This document shows, piece after piece, positions 44,023 through 57,436 of a DNA stretch of 64,000 nt. The DNA comes from Planktothrix sp. GU0601_MAG3 (GTDB lineage: Bacteria; Cyanobacteriota; Cyanobacteriia; Cyanobacteriales; Microcoleaceae). The stretch spans positions 2,484,578 to 2,548,577 of the forward strand of contig CP136572.1 in the NCBI GenBank assembly GCA_035193785.1, written 5' to 3'. Position 1 is the first letter of the stretch. The number at the start of each line of letters is the position of its first letter. The translations under genes were made by a program, and so were the position numbers. Under the pieces are notes generated by a model. The model ran no database searches, was not told the DNA's origin, and saw nothing but the letters and a program-made list of their open reading frames with translations.

Positions 44023-45421
44023 CTAACTACGGAAAGATTTTTTTTCAAATTGGGACAGAAACAAGTCCGGTTTTCTTAACTCTGGGAAATCAAGGGCTAT
44101 GAATAGGAAACTGCGACTACAAGTAATAGCAGTAAACATACTCACCACCACCCCTAATCCTAATGTTAGGGCAAAACCTTTGACTAACCCGGTTCCGAAC
44201 CAAAATAGGGCGACACAAGCAATAACTGTTGTGACGTTACCATCTAAAATACTACCAAATGCCCGATAAAAACCCGATTCCACAGAACGATATAAGGTTT
44301 TTCCCGCCCTCAATTCCTCACGGGTTCGTTCAAAGATTAGAACATTAGCATCCACCGCCATCCCAATACTCAGAATAAATCCGGCAATTCCTGGTAAGGT
44401 CAAGGTTACACCCAATAAATTAAATAGGGCTAAACTTAATAAGGCGTAAATAATTAAAGAAAAATCGGCGATTAATCCTGGTAATCGATAATAGACAACC
44501 ATGAAAATCAGGACTAAAATTAAACCCGTCCCCCCGGCGTAAATACTACGTTGAATACTATCCCGTCCTAGGGTGGCGCCAACGGTGCGGTTTTCAACAA
44601 TTTCCACAGGAACAGGTAAAGCTCCCCCGCGCAATTGTACAGCTAAAGAATTAGCATCTTCGGCGCTAAATCTGCCCGTAATTACCGCCCGACCGCCGAC
44701 AATTCCCGTATCGGCAAAATCCACCGGAACCGATGGAGAACTTAATAAACTATTATCCAGAAAAATCCCAATGGTTCGACCCGTTCCCGCTAAATTTTTA
44801 GTTAATTCCGTGAACTTGTCTCCCCCTTCAGAACTAAAGACTAAACCAATATTCCAGTTTCCTCCCTGTACGGGTTCAGGATAGGCGTCTTTTAAATCTT
44901 GACCTCTTAAAACCGGACTATTATAGAGTTGAGCGATCGCATCATTACTTTTATTTAAAGATTCAATAGCGGCGGCTAAAGTTTGGGAATCACCCTTTTT
45001 TTTAGCATCTTCAATTTGTTGTTTAATTCCCTGTTGGACTTGAAATTCCACCGCTAATTGTTGCTCGGTTCCCGATTTTTGTTCCCGGAAATCTAACTGC
45101 GCCGTTCCTCCTAAAACCCTTTCTGCTTCTTGGGGGTCATTCACCCCGGGTAACTGTACCAAAATCTGATCCTGTCCCACCGTTTGTACCACGGCTTCCG
45201 ATACCCCCAGTTCATTCACCCGGTTATCAATCACACTTTGAAACCGAGGTCAGAACCCGTTCATCAATAACGGGAACCGCTTCCGAGGGTTTTAATTGAA
45301 TGGTAAGTTGGGAACCTCCGCGTAAATCTAAACCCAACCGAAAAGGAACATTAGTTAACACAACAATAGAGGCGATCACCATCACCAAAATCAGAATTAA
45401 AGCAGACCTTTGTTTTCGCAT
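44023..45421 (-). CDS. secD: Protein translocase subunit SecD (frameshift at ~45240)
   Basis: LGLDLRGG, RVNELGVSE, VGATLG, GMAVDANVLIFER. Confidence 0.96.
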
Positions 45422-45605
45422 TTTTATCAATAATTATTAATTAGTCAAGAGAGACGCGCCGTGGCACGTCTCTACGGCTAGAAATTTATTTCTGGGCTTT
45501 CGTCACCCCACCGATAACAGTAATCAGTGAATAGTCAATAAGTAAACGGTTGATTAATTCTTAACTCCGTAACTTTTACACTAATAACTGATAACTGATG
45601 ACGGA

Positions 45606-46587
45606 TTACCGATAACTGATTATTGATTTTACTCCCTCAATAATTTGTTCCGGTTGCACAATAGTTAGTCGTTCTAAAGCACCGTTATAGGGTGTAGGAA
45701 TATCTTGAGACGCCAATCTTAATACGGGTGCATCCAGTTCATCAAAAAGACGGTCATTAATTGAAGCCGTAATTTCTGCCCCCAGTCCCCCGGTTTTCAT
45801 ACATTCTTCCACGATAACTACCCGATGGGTTTTACGAATCGATTCCCCAATGGTGTCAAAATCGAGGGGTTTAAGGGAAATTAAATCAATAACTTCTGGA
45901 TCATAACCCTGTTTGACCAAAGCAGGAACCGCTTGCATGACGTGATGGCGCATCCGAGAATAGGTCAGAATTGTCACGTCTTTTCCCCGTCTGACTATTT
46001 CCGCCTTATCAATCGGGACAATATATTCTTCGTCGGGGATTTCTTCTTTGAGGTTGTATAACAGGACGTGCTCAAAAAATAGCACCGGGTTATCATCTCT
46101 AATCGCGGCTTTCATCAATCCCTTAGCATTATAGGGCGTCGAACAGGCGACCATTTTTAAACCAGGAAACCGACTGGAAATAGGATTCTAAGCGTTGAGA
46201 GTGTTCCGCCCCCAATTGACGGCCCACACCCCCAGGGCCACGAATGACCAGGGGCATTTTGAAATTTCCCCCGGAAGTATAGCGCAGCATTCCGCCGTTG
46301 TTAGCAATTTGGTTGAAGGCGAGTAACAAAAATCCCATATTCATGCCTTCAATAATCGGCCGCAACCCCGTCATGGCGGCACCAACGGCCATTCCTGTAA
46401 AACTATTTTCGGCAATCGGGGTATCTAAAACCCGCAAATCCCCATATTTTTCATAAAGATCCTTAGTAACCTTATAGGAACCGCCATATTGACCCACATC
46501 TTCCCCCAACACGAACACTCTGGGGTCACGAGCCATTTCTTCATCGGTTGCTTGTTTCAGGGCGTTAAAAAGTAGGGTTGGTGCCAT
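45606..46587 (-). CDS. pdhB: Pyruvate dehydrogenase E1 beta subunit (frameshift at ~46166)
   Basis: [35 protein letters not shown]; start [10 protein letters not shown] at 46587. Confidence 0.95.
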
Positions 46588-46702
46588 TGCAATTCTTGAT
46601 AAGCGAGCGTGGATCACAGCTAATCTTACCAGAGAGTCGCCGCCCGTAGGTATTGCAGTCCTATAGCCAAGGATGGGGACAGCATCGCGCCTCAACTTCT
46701 TA

Positions 46703-49700
46703 TTATATAGAAATAACTTGAAACTGATTAGACGAAATTAAATTTATATCAATCCCATTTAATCGCGCGAGTTCTTCTCCGCTATTGGTTAAACTAATAA
46801 TAGCGGTATTTCCCTGTTGATTTAGGGTAAGTTGATCAAAGGTTAATCCTTTACTGAGTCCTAGAGAATCTAACTCTGGATTAAAGTCAAGAATTAAGTC
46901 GCTTCCGCTATTAATTGCTAAGACAAATATATCTTGACCTGAGCCTCCGATTAAGGTGTCATTTTCCGTATCTCCAAATAATAGATCATTGCCACTTCCT
47001 CCAATTAAAGAATCATTCCCACTTCCTCCATAAAGGGTATCATTTCCAGCACATCCATCTAAAATATCTGTACCCTCATTTCCGAATAGCAAATCTTGAT
47101 CATCTCCTCCACAAATACTGTCATCTCCAATATCTCCAAATAGAATATCTGCACCCTGTTCACCTTTGAGAATATCCTGACCTTGACCTCCAAATAAACT
47201 ATCATCTCCCGACCCACCATCGAGAAAATCATCTTCTGAATTTCCGAATAAAATATCGTTACCTTCACCACTAATTAAGATATCATTTCCTAAGTTTCCA
47301 AATAGTAAATCATCGCCTTCATTTCCTTGTAATGTATCATTATCTTTACCACCATAAAGGGTATCATTCCCTAAATATCCCTGGATAAAATCATTATTGC
47401 GATCGCCAAATAGAAAATCATTATCTTCATTTCCCTCTAAAATATCATCGCCTTCTCCGCCATATTGGGTATCGTTTCCTAACCATCCTTGGAGAATATC
47501 TGCTCCCTGATTTCCGAATAATAAATCATTGCCATTTTCGCCATTTAAGTTATCTGCTCCCGCCTTACCCATTAAAGTATCATCACCTTCAAACCCTGTA
47601 ATTTGATCATTAAAATCACTTCCAATTAAATTATCATTTCCTAATTGACCATCAAAGGTCTGTTCGAGAGAATTTTGTGTTTTTAATTGGTCTATATTGG
47701 GCGTAGGAAATTGATCACACAGACATTTATCTTCACCAATAGGACTCGGAGTTGGTATTGGAGTTGGTTCTGGGGTTGGTTCTGGGGTTGGTGCGGGGGT
47801 TGGTGCGGGGGTTGGACTTGGAGTTGGTTCTGGGGTTGGTTCTGGGGTTGGTGCGGGGGTTGGACTTGGAGTTGGTTCTGGGGTTGGACTCGGAGTTGGT
47901 GCTGGGGTTGGTTCTGGAGTTGGTTCTGGGGTTGGACTTGGAGTTGGTTCTGGGGTTGGACTCGGAGTTGGTGCGGGGGTTGGACTCGGAGTTGGTGCGG
48001 GGGTTGGTTCTGGAGTTGGTTCTGGGGTTGGACTCGGAGTTGGTTTCTGGGGTTGGACTCGGAGTTGATGCTGGGGTTGGACTCGGAGTTGGTGCTGGGG
48101 TTGGACTCGGAGTTGGTGCTGGGGTTGGTTCTGGGGTTGGTTCTGGGGTTGGACTCGGAGTTGGTTCTGGGGTTGGACTCGGAGTTGGTGCTGGGGTTGG
48201 ACTCGGAGTTGGTTCTGGGGTTGGACTCGGAGTTGGTGCTGGGGTTGGACTCGGAGTTGGTTCTGGGGTTGGACTCGGAGTTGGTGCTGGGGTTGGACTT
48301 GGAGTTGGTTCTGGGGTTGGACTCGGAGTTGGTGCGGGAGTTGGACTCGGAGTTGGTGCTGGGGTTGGACTCGGAGTTGGTGCGGGAGTTACAACTGAAA
48401 ACTCATAAGCACCACTATCAATAATTGCTGTACCATTTTGATCTCCATCCGTTGGACGAGGCTGACCGAGTTGATCTGTTGTGGGTGAATTATTGTTATT
48501 TCCCGTATCAATAGCAGGACTTCCTGTTAACAACGGATGAATTAACATCCCATTAACTGTTTGCAAATTTCCCAATAAAGCATCAGCAACTAATTTAATA
48601 TTAGGAGTTGCTTTGGTATCATTGGGGTTTAATTCATTGGTTTGAATATTACCACCACCATCATTATATTCAGTTCCGGTATGGTGTTTGACGTTCCAGG
48701 TATTTCCCCCATTATTAGCAATATTCTTAGATAAAATTGTATTAGTTAAGGTAACATTTGCACCGCCACCCCAAAATCCACCCCCTTGAAATCCGGCATA
48801 ATTATTGGCAATTGTTGTATTAATTATATTGGTTAAATTCGTACCATTGACAAGGGTAATTGCACCCCCCAAGCCACTATTCCCGTCGATAGATTCAGCC
48901 CGATTTCCTGAAAAAGTGCTATTGGTAATGGTAGTAGGAGAGGTTTCGCCCACCCATAAACCGCCTCCTTGACTATAGGCTCGGTTATTGGCAAATGTTG
49001 TATTATTTAGGGTTAATTCCGCATTCCCAGAACGCAATCCTCCCCCTAAAGAACCTCCTTTATTATTGGTTTGAACTGTATTATTAATAATTGTGCTATT
49101 TTCCACAATAATTTTATCAGGAGGATAGGCAAATAGAAATAACCCTCCCCCCTGTCCAGCCCCCGTATTTCCATCAAATACGGAGTTATTAATCCGAATA
49201 ATTCCACCTATTAAACCCGGTGTAGCATTGGCTCCAGAGGCGTTTGCACCATCGGTATAAATGGCTCCGCCTGCGCCATGATAGTTACTTGAAACCATTA
49301 GCAACCGTACCCCCGGGCACAGAAGTATTGTTAATAAATTTGGAATTATCAACAGTTAAATTACCCAATAAATGATTAATTGCGCCACCATTTATTCCCT
49401 TATTATTGGTGAATTGACTATTAGTAACCGTGAGGGAACCTGCGCTTTTTGTGGCGATCGCACCTCCCCCCCGTTCACTCCCTCCTAATGTGCCATCATT
49501 ATTATTAAATGTGCTATTAATAACAACCGTATTGCTCTTGAATCCAGTATAAATTCCACCTCCAAATTGAGCAATATTATTATTCAGTTCACTATCTTCT
49601 AAAGTTAGGTTGGTTGAACCTTGCATCCGAATTCCACCCCCCGAACCCGCTTCATCAATTCCTTGGGCTTTCCCATTGGCAATAATTAGGTTTTTTAGGG

Positions 49701-49986
49701 TTGTATTAGTGGGTTGAAATTGGGGACTAACTTGGAGTTCAAAGACGCGAAATTGATTGTTTCCACTGATAGTAACTTTACCGGGAGTTGCACTCGAAAT
49801 AAGTCCATCAATGGTAATACTTTTATTGATATTTAATTGACCACTGGTTAGTAGAATAGTTGGGTTAGATTGATTGGCTAAACTAGAATCAAATTGAATA
49901 ATATCCCCAGGTTGAGCTTGAGCGATCGCTTCTCTTAAAGAACCAATCCCATTATCATTTAAGTTGGTAACAATCAAGTTTGCCAT
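46703..49986 (-). CDS. Surface protein 2: beta-helix (GGAI/FxxN repeats) - Pro/Thr linker - RTX Ca-binding repeats (frameshifts at ~49291 and ~48043)
   Basis: VTNLND.G.GSLR.AI start; GSPAIDTG...DQ.G..RP.DGD...DSGAYE; ([12 protein letters not shown])n; GGxGxDxL nonapeptides; C-terminal DF...D.LGL domain. Confidence 0.85.
47746..48390 (-). repeat. 12-bp-unit coding repeat ([12 protein letters not shown]), ~50 units
   Basis: GGAGTTGGACTC / GGGGTTGGTGCT / GGGGTTGGTTCT variants. Confidence 0.95.
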
Positions 49987-50078
49987 TTTATTTCATCCTT
50001 AATTTATAAAGTTTTCACAATATTTTATTCTTCAAAATAATACAAAAAGTTGCTTTATTTTGAAGAATAAATCATGTG

Positions 50079-53000
50079 TTAGTTGGGATTAAAAGCCAAG
50101 CCAATAAAATCTTCGGAGGTCAGTAAATTAGGATTAAATCCTTTTAAAGTAGCTAAAACTTCTCCCGTACTTGAAACTTGAATCAAAGTATTGTTTTCGA
50201 CCTGGGTAAATTGCAATTTTTCAAAACTCAATCCCCCCGTCAACCCGATCAAGTCTTCCCCATCAGTAAAGTCATCAATCAAATTATTACCTTGATTTTC
50301 TCCTAAGCTAAAGGTATCTGTTCCTTTCCCTCCCCATAATAAATCATCGCCCAAATCTCCACTAATAAAATCATCTCCATCTCCCCCTAAAATGGTGTCA
50401 TTTCCTTGACCACCATAGAGGGTATCATTACCCGTTCTTCCCTTCAATAAATCATTGCCCAAATTACTAAAGATCAGGTCATTATCTTCCCCTCCACAAA
50501 TCGTATCATTATCCTGTCCGCTATATATAATATCGTCTCCAGATCCTCCTTGCAATAAATCGTCTCCCTGATTTCCGAATAAAATATTTTCGTCTTCATT
50601 CCCAACTAAAGTATCATTTCCTAAATCTCCAAAAAGGGTATCTTTACCTTGATTTCCCCAAACTAAATCATTTCCTTGACCTCCATAAATAATATCATCT
50701 CCATTTCCTCCTTGAAGGTTATCATCTCCTAAATTTCCCCAAATAATATCCTGACCATCTTCGCCTAAAACAAAGTCATTTTCCTGTCCTCCATAAATAC
50801 TATCGTCTCCCAAATCTCCGGTTATATAATCATCTCCTTGATTTCCAAATAGAATATCATTTCCAAACCCACCATCTAAATTGTCATTTCCTTCTAAACC
50901 ATAGAGAATATCATCGGTATCTCGACCTAAAATCCCATCGGCTTCAGGCGTCCCTAACCCATTGGTTGGTTCGGGGTCAAAAATAGTATTAACAACAGTA
51001 TTTTTAGCAGGTATGATATTAGGAATATCTGTACATTGATCTTGTAATTCAAGTCCGCTCCTTCCCTCTGGTGCGGGAGTTGGTGCTGGGGTTGGTGCGG
51101 GAGTTGGCGCGGGAGTTGGCGCGGGAGTTGGTGCTGGGGTTGGTGCTGGGGTTGGTGCTGGGGTTGGACTCGGAGTTGGTGCTGGGGTTGGTGCTGGGGT
51201 TGGACTCGGAGTTGGACTCGGAGTTGGACTCGGAGTTGGTTTCTGGGGTTGTTGCGGGAGTTGGTGCGGGGGTTGGTGCGGGGGTTGGTTCTGGGGTTGG
51301 ACTTGGAGTTGGTTCTGGGGTTGGTGCTGGGGGTGGACTCGGAGTTGGACTCGGAGTTGGACTCGGAGTTGGACTCGGGGTTGGTGCTGGGGTTGGTGCT
51401 GGGGTTGGACTCGGAGTTGGACTCGGAGTTGGACTCGGAGTTGGACTCGGAGTTGGTGCGGGGGTCGGACTCGGAGTTGGACTCGGAGTTGGACTCGGAG
51501 TTGGACTCGGAGTTGGACTCGGAGTCGGTGCGGGGGTTGGTGCGGGGGTTGGTGCGGGGGTTGGTGCGGGAGTTGGACTCGGAGTTGGACTCGGAGTTGG
51601 TGCGGGAGTTGGTGCTGGGGTTGGACTTGGAGTTGGACTCGGAGTTGGACTCGGAGTTGGTGCGGGGGTTGGTGCGGGAGTTGGACTCGGAGTTGGACTC
51701 GGAGTTGGACTCGGAGTTGGACTCGGAGTTGGACTCGGAGTTGGACTCGGAGTTGGACTCGGAGTTGGACTCGGAGTTGGACTCGGAGTTGGACTCGGAG
51801 TTGGTGCTGGAGTTACAATTGAAAACTCATAAGCACCACTATCAATAATTGCTGTACCATTTTTGTCGCCATCAATAGGGCGAGGCTGACCGAGTTGATC
51901 CGTTGTGGGTGAATTATTACTGCTTCCGGTATCAATAGCGGGACTTCCTGTTAATAACGGATGAATTAATACCCCATTAATAGCCTGTAAACCTCCTAAT
52001 AAAGCATCAGCAACTAACTGAATATTAGCAGATGCTTTAATATCATTCGGGTTTAGTTCCGTTGTTTGAATATTTCCCCCACCATTGTTAAGTTGAGTAG
52101 TAACATGATGGTTTGTATTCCAAGTATTTCCGCCGTTAAATGCTTTATTTTTAGATAAAAGTGTATTAGTTAACGTAACATTTGTTCCTCCTGATGATAT
52201 GCCTCCACCGATAAAACCCGCATAATTATCAGCAATTGTTGTATTAATAATACTGGTAGTAGTTGTTCCATTCGCCAGGGCAATTCCTCCTCCTAATCCT
52301 CCTTTTCCATCTAAAGATTCAGCCCTATTTCCTGAAATGGTGCTATTAATAATCGTCATCGGAACCTGTTCTCCAACCCACAAACCACCGCCTTGACTCA
52401 AGGCTTTATTATTGGCGATGGTCGTATTTCTTAGGGTAAATTGCCCATTCCTTCCCGGTCTAATTCCTCCCCCATAACTATCACCTTTATTATTAAAAAT
52501 AACACTATTATTAGTAATTGTGCTATTTTCAACAATCATTTTATCTGGGGAATAACCGTATAAATATAAACCCCCGGCTTGTCCGGCTGCGGTATTCCCA
52601 TCAAACACAGAATTATTAATCTGAATTGTTCTTACTGTTCCTTCTGACTTCGCTCCATCGGCAAAAATTGCACCTCCATAACCATTGGAAATAGCCGGGC
52701 CAAGATTAATATTTGCCCCGGGAACAGAGGTATTATTAATAAATTTAGAATTTTGAACACTCAAATCACAAATAACACTATAAATGGCTCCGCCATTAAT
52801 GCCTTTATTATTCGTGAATTCACTACCAATAACCGTCAGACTCGTTTGGCTATCAGTAGAAATTGCCCCGCCACCTCGTTCACTTTTTCCCGGTGTTCCA
52901 TCATTATTATTAAATTTACTATTAATAATGGTTGTATTAGTTCTATAACCTGCAAAAAGACCCCCTCCATACTGAGCTATATTATTATTAACTTGACTAT

Positions 53001-53391
53001 TTTCTAAAGTTAAAGTGTTTAATGTTTTAACTCTAATTCCTGCCCCTGCACCCTCTTGGGCAATACCTTGGGCATTACCATTGACAACAATTAGGTTTTT
53101 AAGAGTTGTATTCGTAGGTTTAGCTTGAGCATCAGCTTGAAGTTCTAAGACGCGAAATTTATTTTCACCACTAATGGTTATGGGAGTGGGAACTGCACCT
53201 GGAATCAGTCCATCAATGGTAATACTTTTATTGATATTTAATTGACTACTGGTGAGTTTAATGGTAGGATTAGATACGCTAGATAAACTCGAATCAAATT
53301 GGATAATATCTCCGGGTTGAGCTAAGGCGATCGCGTTTCTTAGAGAACCCGTTCCATTATCATTTAAGTTGGTAACAATTACGGCAGCCAT
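50079..53391 (-). CDS. Surface protein 1, paralog of 46703-49986 (frameshift at ~51239)
   Basis: Same architecture; the corrected frame runs through the PT linker into [13 protein letters not shown]...[10 protein letters not shown] and the RTX repeats. Confidence 0.85.
51069..51814 (-). repeat. 12-bp-unit coding repeat (PTPS/PTPA), ~60 units
   Basis: Long perfect runs of GGAGTTGGACTC. Confidence 0.95.
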
Positions 53392-53519
53392 TACGAGGAA
53401 TCCTAATTTTACTTATGATTTTCAGACAATTATCTGTTCAAGAACAGTTACTGAATATCCGGTGATCTGAGATATTTTTTTTCAGTCTTCTACTAACTTT
53501 TACCGATGGCTAAAGTTGG

Positions 53520-53625
53520 TATAGCGCTACGCACTAGGGAACAGGGAACACCGGATCTGGGAACAGTAAGCAGTGAATGAGTTTCAGGATTTAGAAGTGT
53601 CCTAACTTAAATGCGTAGCGCTATA
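53520..53625. mobile_element. MITE with 14-bp perfect terminal inverted repeats
   Basis: TATAGCGCTACGCA...TGCGTAGCGCTATA, TA ends, internal GGGAACA repeats, no coding capacity. Confidence 0.75.
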
Positions 53626-54435
53626 GAATTATCTATCACAAATTCCAGTAAAATTAGACAACAAATTTTCAACCGTTGATTATCACGGTCTAGCATTTGA
53701 GTATAGAATGATAGTCTAATTAATTGCTCAAAAACTAAAATTAGAGTATGAAATTGAGCGAAAATTTTAATATTTGAAAAAATCCCATTCCGGTGTGGAT
53801 CAAGAAAAAGGGATTTAACCTTATTTTTAAATGCAAAGACTATCCTAGAAGCATTTCCTAAGCATAGGTTCAGCCAAAGGAGGGTTAAATTAAAATTTCC
53901 AGAAAAGCACAAGGTTGAAACAGTGGACATCTTTCAGACTTTCAGAGGGTGTACATTAATAGATACATCCCGATGATGATTAAGTCAAGCTACACTCTAT
54001 ATTTGACGAAAACCCTGGAATTAAAGTTTCCCTATTTTCAAGATTAACAATTAACTCAGATTCACCCGAATAAAATAAATAGATTGGCACTTTTACCCAG
54101 CCACCACGGGAAAGAGCCAACCTCAATGTGACGTACTGCCAGGAAGTCACAAAAGCATATTAATCAAGCCCAAATTACCTTGATTCAAGCCCTAATCTAT
54201 TAATAGCTTAATTCCTGGGTTTTTACATCAGAAATTATACGGAACTTTGTCATCAAAAAAAAACATCGTATCTCCGAGAAATTATGGAGAAAACCCTGAG
54301 AAAAAGGAGCGAGTTATCACCCACTCCCTTAATTTATAGCAGTCGCCCCTAAAGGTTAGGATATGGACTGATGTGGCAAACCGAGATTTTCTTCTCTGTT
54401 GCGATGTTTCCTACCCTTGCTATTGCTGCCCAGGC

Positions 54436-55162
54436 CTAATCCCGATTAAAGGCAATCAGTAAGCGCAGAATAAAGATAAATAGGTTGATGTAGGTCAAAT
54501 ACATCGATAATGCGGCGGACAAATACTGTTTGTCGGTGTAAGCGCGGGGAAGCAAATAGAAGTCAACCACCGCCGCCCCCACAAATAACAGCACTCCCAG
54601 GCCAGAAATACCAATTTCTAACCAAGAAGGAGTAATGATTCCAAAGAAACCCAGGATAAATTGGGCCAAAATCACCACGAATAGGGAAATAATTCCTAAA
54701 CGGATGGTTTTAGTCAGGGCCATGCCATCGGACTCGGAGAGGTTAGACCCAATCGAAACGCGCCCCGATAAAGGTGACTCCACATCCTAAAGCCGCCACC
54801 CCAATTCCAGCCATCCCAACACCACTTGTACCCAAAGCCAGGGCTACCAGACCTGTGAGGGTATAGCCCGTTAGTAGGCTATAGGTTGCCAATAGGGGTA
54901 AAGCCGCCTGATTGTTACCCTTATTGGCGATACCCGAAGCCACAAAAAACAAAGCAATTTGGGCAATAAAAGCCACCCAGAAGGTTGTCATAAACAATCC
55001 GGGGTTAGCCGCGGCAACATTCAAACCCCCAAAGGTTCCAAGGGCGGTCAGAATTAACCCGCCGCCCACATAGGGTAAGGCGTTAGCAATCACATTTGGG
55101 CCAACAATAGCCTCATTTTTAGCCTCTCGTACGGCTTGACGAAAATTACTGGTACTGGTCAT
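54436..55162 (-). CDS. Bax inhibitor-1 / YccA family membrane protein (frameshift at ~54755)
   Basis: Seven hydrophobic segments; C-terminal AALSMYLTYINLFIFILRLL. Confidence 0.9.
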
Positions 55163-55326
55163 ATTGTCCTTCCATAATCAACACTACCTCCTTATAATTT
55201 AGCGAATCCTGGGAATTTGGGGTGATTTAAAGGGAAATTCTCAAGATTCGTGATCATCACTCAGATAGAATTAAAGTTTTTGAAAGGGGAAAAGTAGATT
55301 TTTCAGCTATTAAGAAAAATCAGCTA

Positions 55327-57325
55327 TTAAACCCTTACCCATTTTAATATATCAGGGGCTTTATCGTAACGATAACTAAAACCATCATTAGCCGCAATTG
55401 TTTGTCCTCGACTGGCTTTATTTCTGACCGTGCTCAGGCTGTAAGCGGTTAATCCCTGCATTTCTTGATGGGAAAATTTATCTTTCTCTGGGATTTTTGC
55501 TAAAACGTCAATCGGTTCAGAAGTTGCTTGAGTTTGGGCGGAGTTGCTAACTGTTATTGCCGTTGAGTGATAATCGGCAACATCTACTAAACGCCAACTG
55601 GAATCTTCGGCAAGTTCCAACACTTGTTGATGATAGTTAAATAGACTTTCTCGATGTCCGACACTAATAAATGTTTTACCTGTTTCCTGTAACTGTTTGT
55701 ATAGTTGATCTTCATTTTTTAAATCTAAGGCACTGGTGGCTTCATCTAAAATCACAAAATCAGGACGATTAATTAATAAGCGGGCAAAGGCTAAACGTTG
55801 TTGTTCTCCCAAGGATAAAATACTTTCCCAGGGCATTTCTTCATCAAAATTTTTAATCCGATCAATGACATTTCCTAGGTTAACCTTTTGTAAAACTTCT
55901 TTTAATTCTAATTCACTAATCGGATTATTTGTTTGAGGGTAGATTAGCTGTTCACGCAGGCTTCCTAAGATAATATAGGGACGCTGTGGTAAAAATAAAA
56001 TGTCATCCAAGGGAGGCCGAATTAAATCCCCTGTACCAACATTCCACAGGCCGGAAATGGCGCGTAATAAAGAGCTTTTTCCTCGACCACTGGGGCCAAC
56101 TATTAATAAACCTGTACCTGGTTTGATCGATAGAGATAAATTTTCAACAATGACTTTGGCGGCATCGGGGGTTTGTAGGGTGACATCTTCAAAAGCCAGA
56201 TGATTATTTTCTATAACTTGAATATTGTTAACTTGATTAGAGGTTTGACTGACGCTGGTTAAGGCTTGGGAAAAGTCATCTAAACGCTCAATATAATTAA
56301 TGAATTCACCCGATTTACCAAATTCAGCTACTAATACTGCTAGGGCAGTAGAAAAGAAATAACAGGCATAGCTGGCTTGATTAACTTCTCCTAATTCAAT
56401 ACGTCCAATAACGTATAAAGGAGAAACAATTAGGAAGGGGAATATTTGAATAAAAGCTTCATAACCTTTATTAAAAAAATCCTGGTTTGTCTCCCAACCA
56501 ATTTTACCAATAGTTACTTCAACAACTTGATTAAATCTACGTTGAATAATGTTTATTTCTTTTTCTTCACCTCGGAAAAAAGCAATAGATTCGGCATGGT
56601 TGCGAACATGAGTTAGGGAATAATTATAGTTAGCTTCTACTTCTAATTGCTGTTTATTAATTTTATTGATTTGTTGAACGATATAGGTGGCGAGAATATT
56701 ACCAATCACTGTATAGATAAAAAGAACAACAGCAATGGTTTCTGGAAATTGACCAGAGAATCGTGATAAAAACAAACATCTCTATTAATTTTTCAAAACA
56801 GGTTGTCAAAAAATCCAGGGTCATTCGGGCAATCGGTTCAATTTCCTGGGCTAATCGTTGATCGGGATTATTAATATCATCTTGAAAGTTAATTTGATAA
56901 TAGGCACGATTCTTAAAATATTGCTGTAATATTTTCTGGTTAATCCATTGATACCAGTCAAGTGCGATTCTTTTTTTAATAAGTTTAGATAATCCCGATA
57001 CAGCAACCATGCCGATGAGAGTAATACTATAAACAATTAATAGCCGAGTTAACTTTGGTAAATTCTTCGCTTCCGTAAAGTCAATTAAGTCTCGAAAAAC
57101 AAAACTATTAAAAGCATTGAACCCGACCAGTCCTACCAATAATAATAATAATAATAAGAGCATTCCCCAAGATCGAATGACTTCTGAAAAAGCTCGGTTT
57201 TGTGATTCTAGGGGATACCAATAAACTTGAATAAAGGATAAAATCTTTTGCAAAAAATGATTCAAATTCTGGCTATCATCTTTGGTATTAATATTGGTCG
57301 CGCTTTTTGCCGAAACGTCCATCAT
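55327..57325 (-). CDS. ABC transporter (fused permease + ATPase) of the NRPS cluster, AerN/McyH-like (frameshift at ~56738)
   Basis: NPDQR, ESIAFFRGE, GPSGRGKS, LSLGEQQR, LDEATSALD, SVGH. Confidence 0.88.
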
Positions 57326-57436
57326 TTGTCCTGGTGTAATGTGCGGGTAGATTAAAGATTTTAATACTTATCTCCAGAATTAGAGATTGGCTAATTATAC
57401 CACATTTAATAGGCGATCGCTAATTCTGAATAACTG

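Noticed and set aside
48043..51243. Phase variation by slippage in the PT repeats
   Set aside because: The 12-bp units preserve frame; the observed shifts are single-base GTTTC events of the window-wide type.
47687..51848. Plus-strand ORFs (LDSELV, GVGL and Trp-rich repeats) and the TNSESNP tails
   Set aside because: These are antisense or shifted readings of the stop-free 12-bp Pro-Thr repeat.
53607..53930. 107-aa minus-strand ORF
   Set aside because: No motifs, atypical composition, and it ends inside the MITE; probably spurious.
54370..54420. c-di-GMP riboswitch (GGCAAACC)
   Set aside because: The GNRA loop/receptor and the downstream GACGCAAAGC element are not present.
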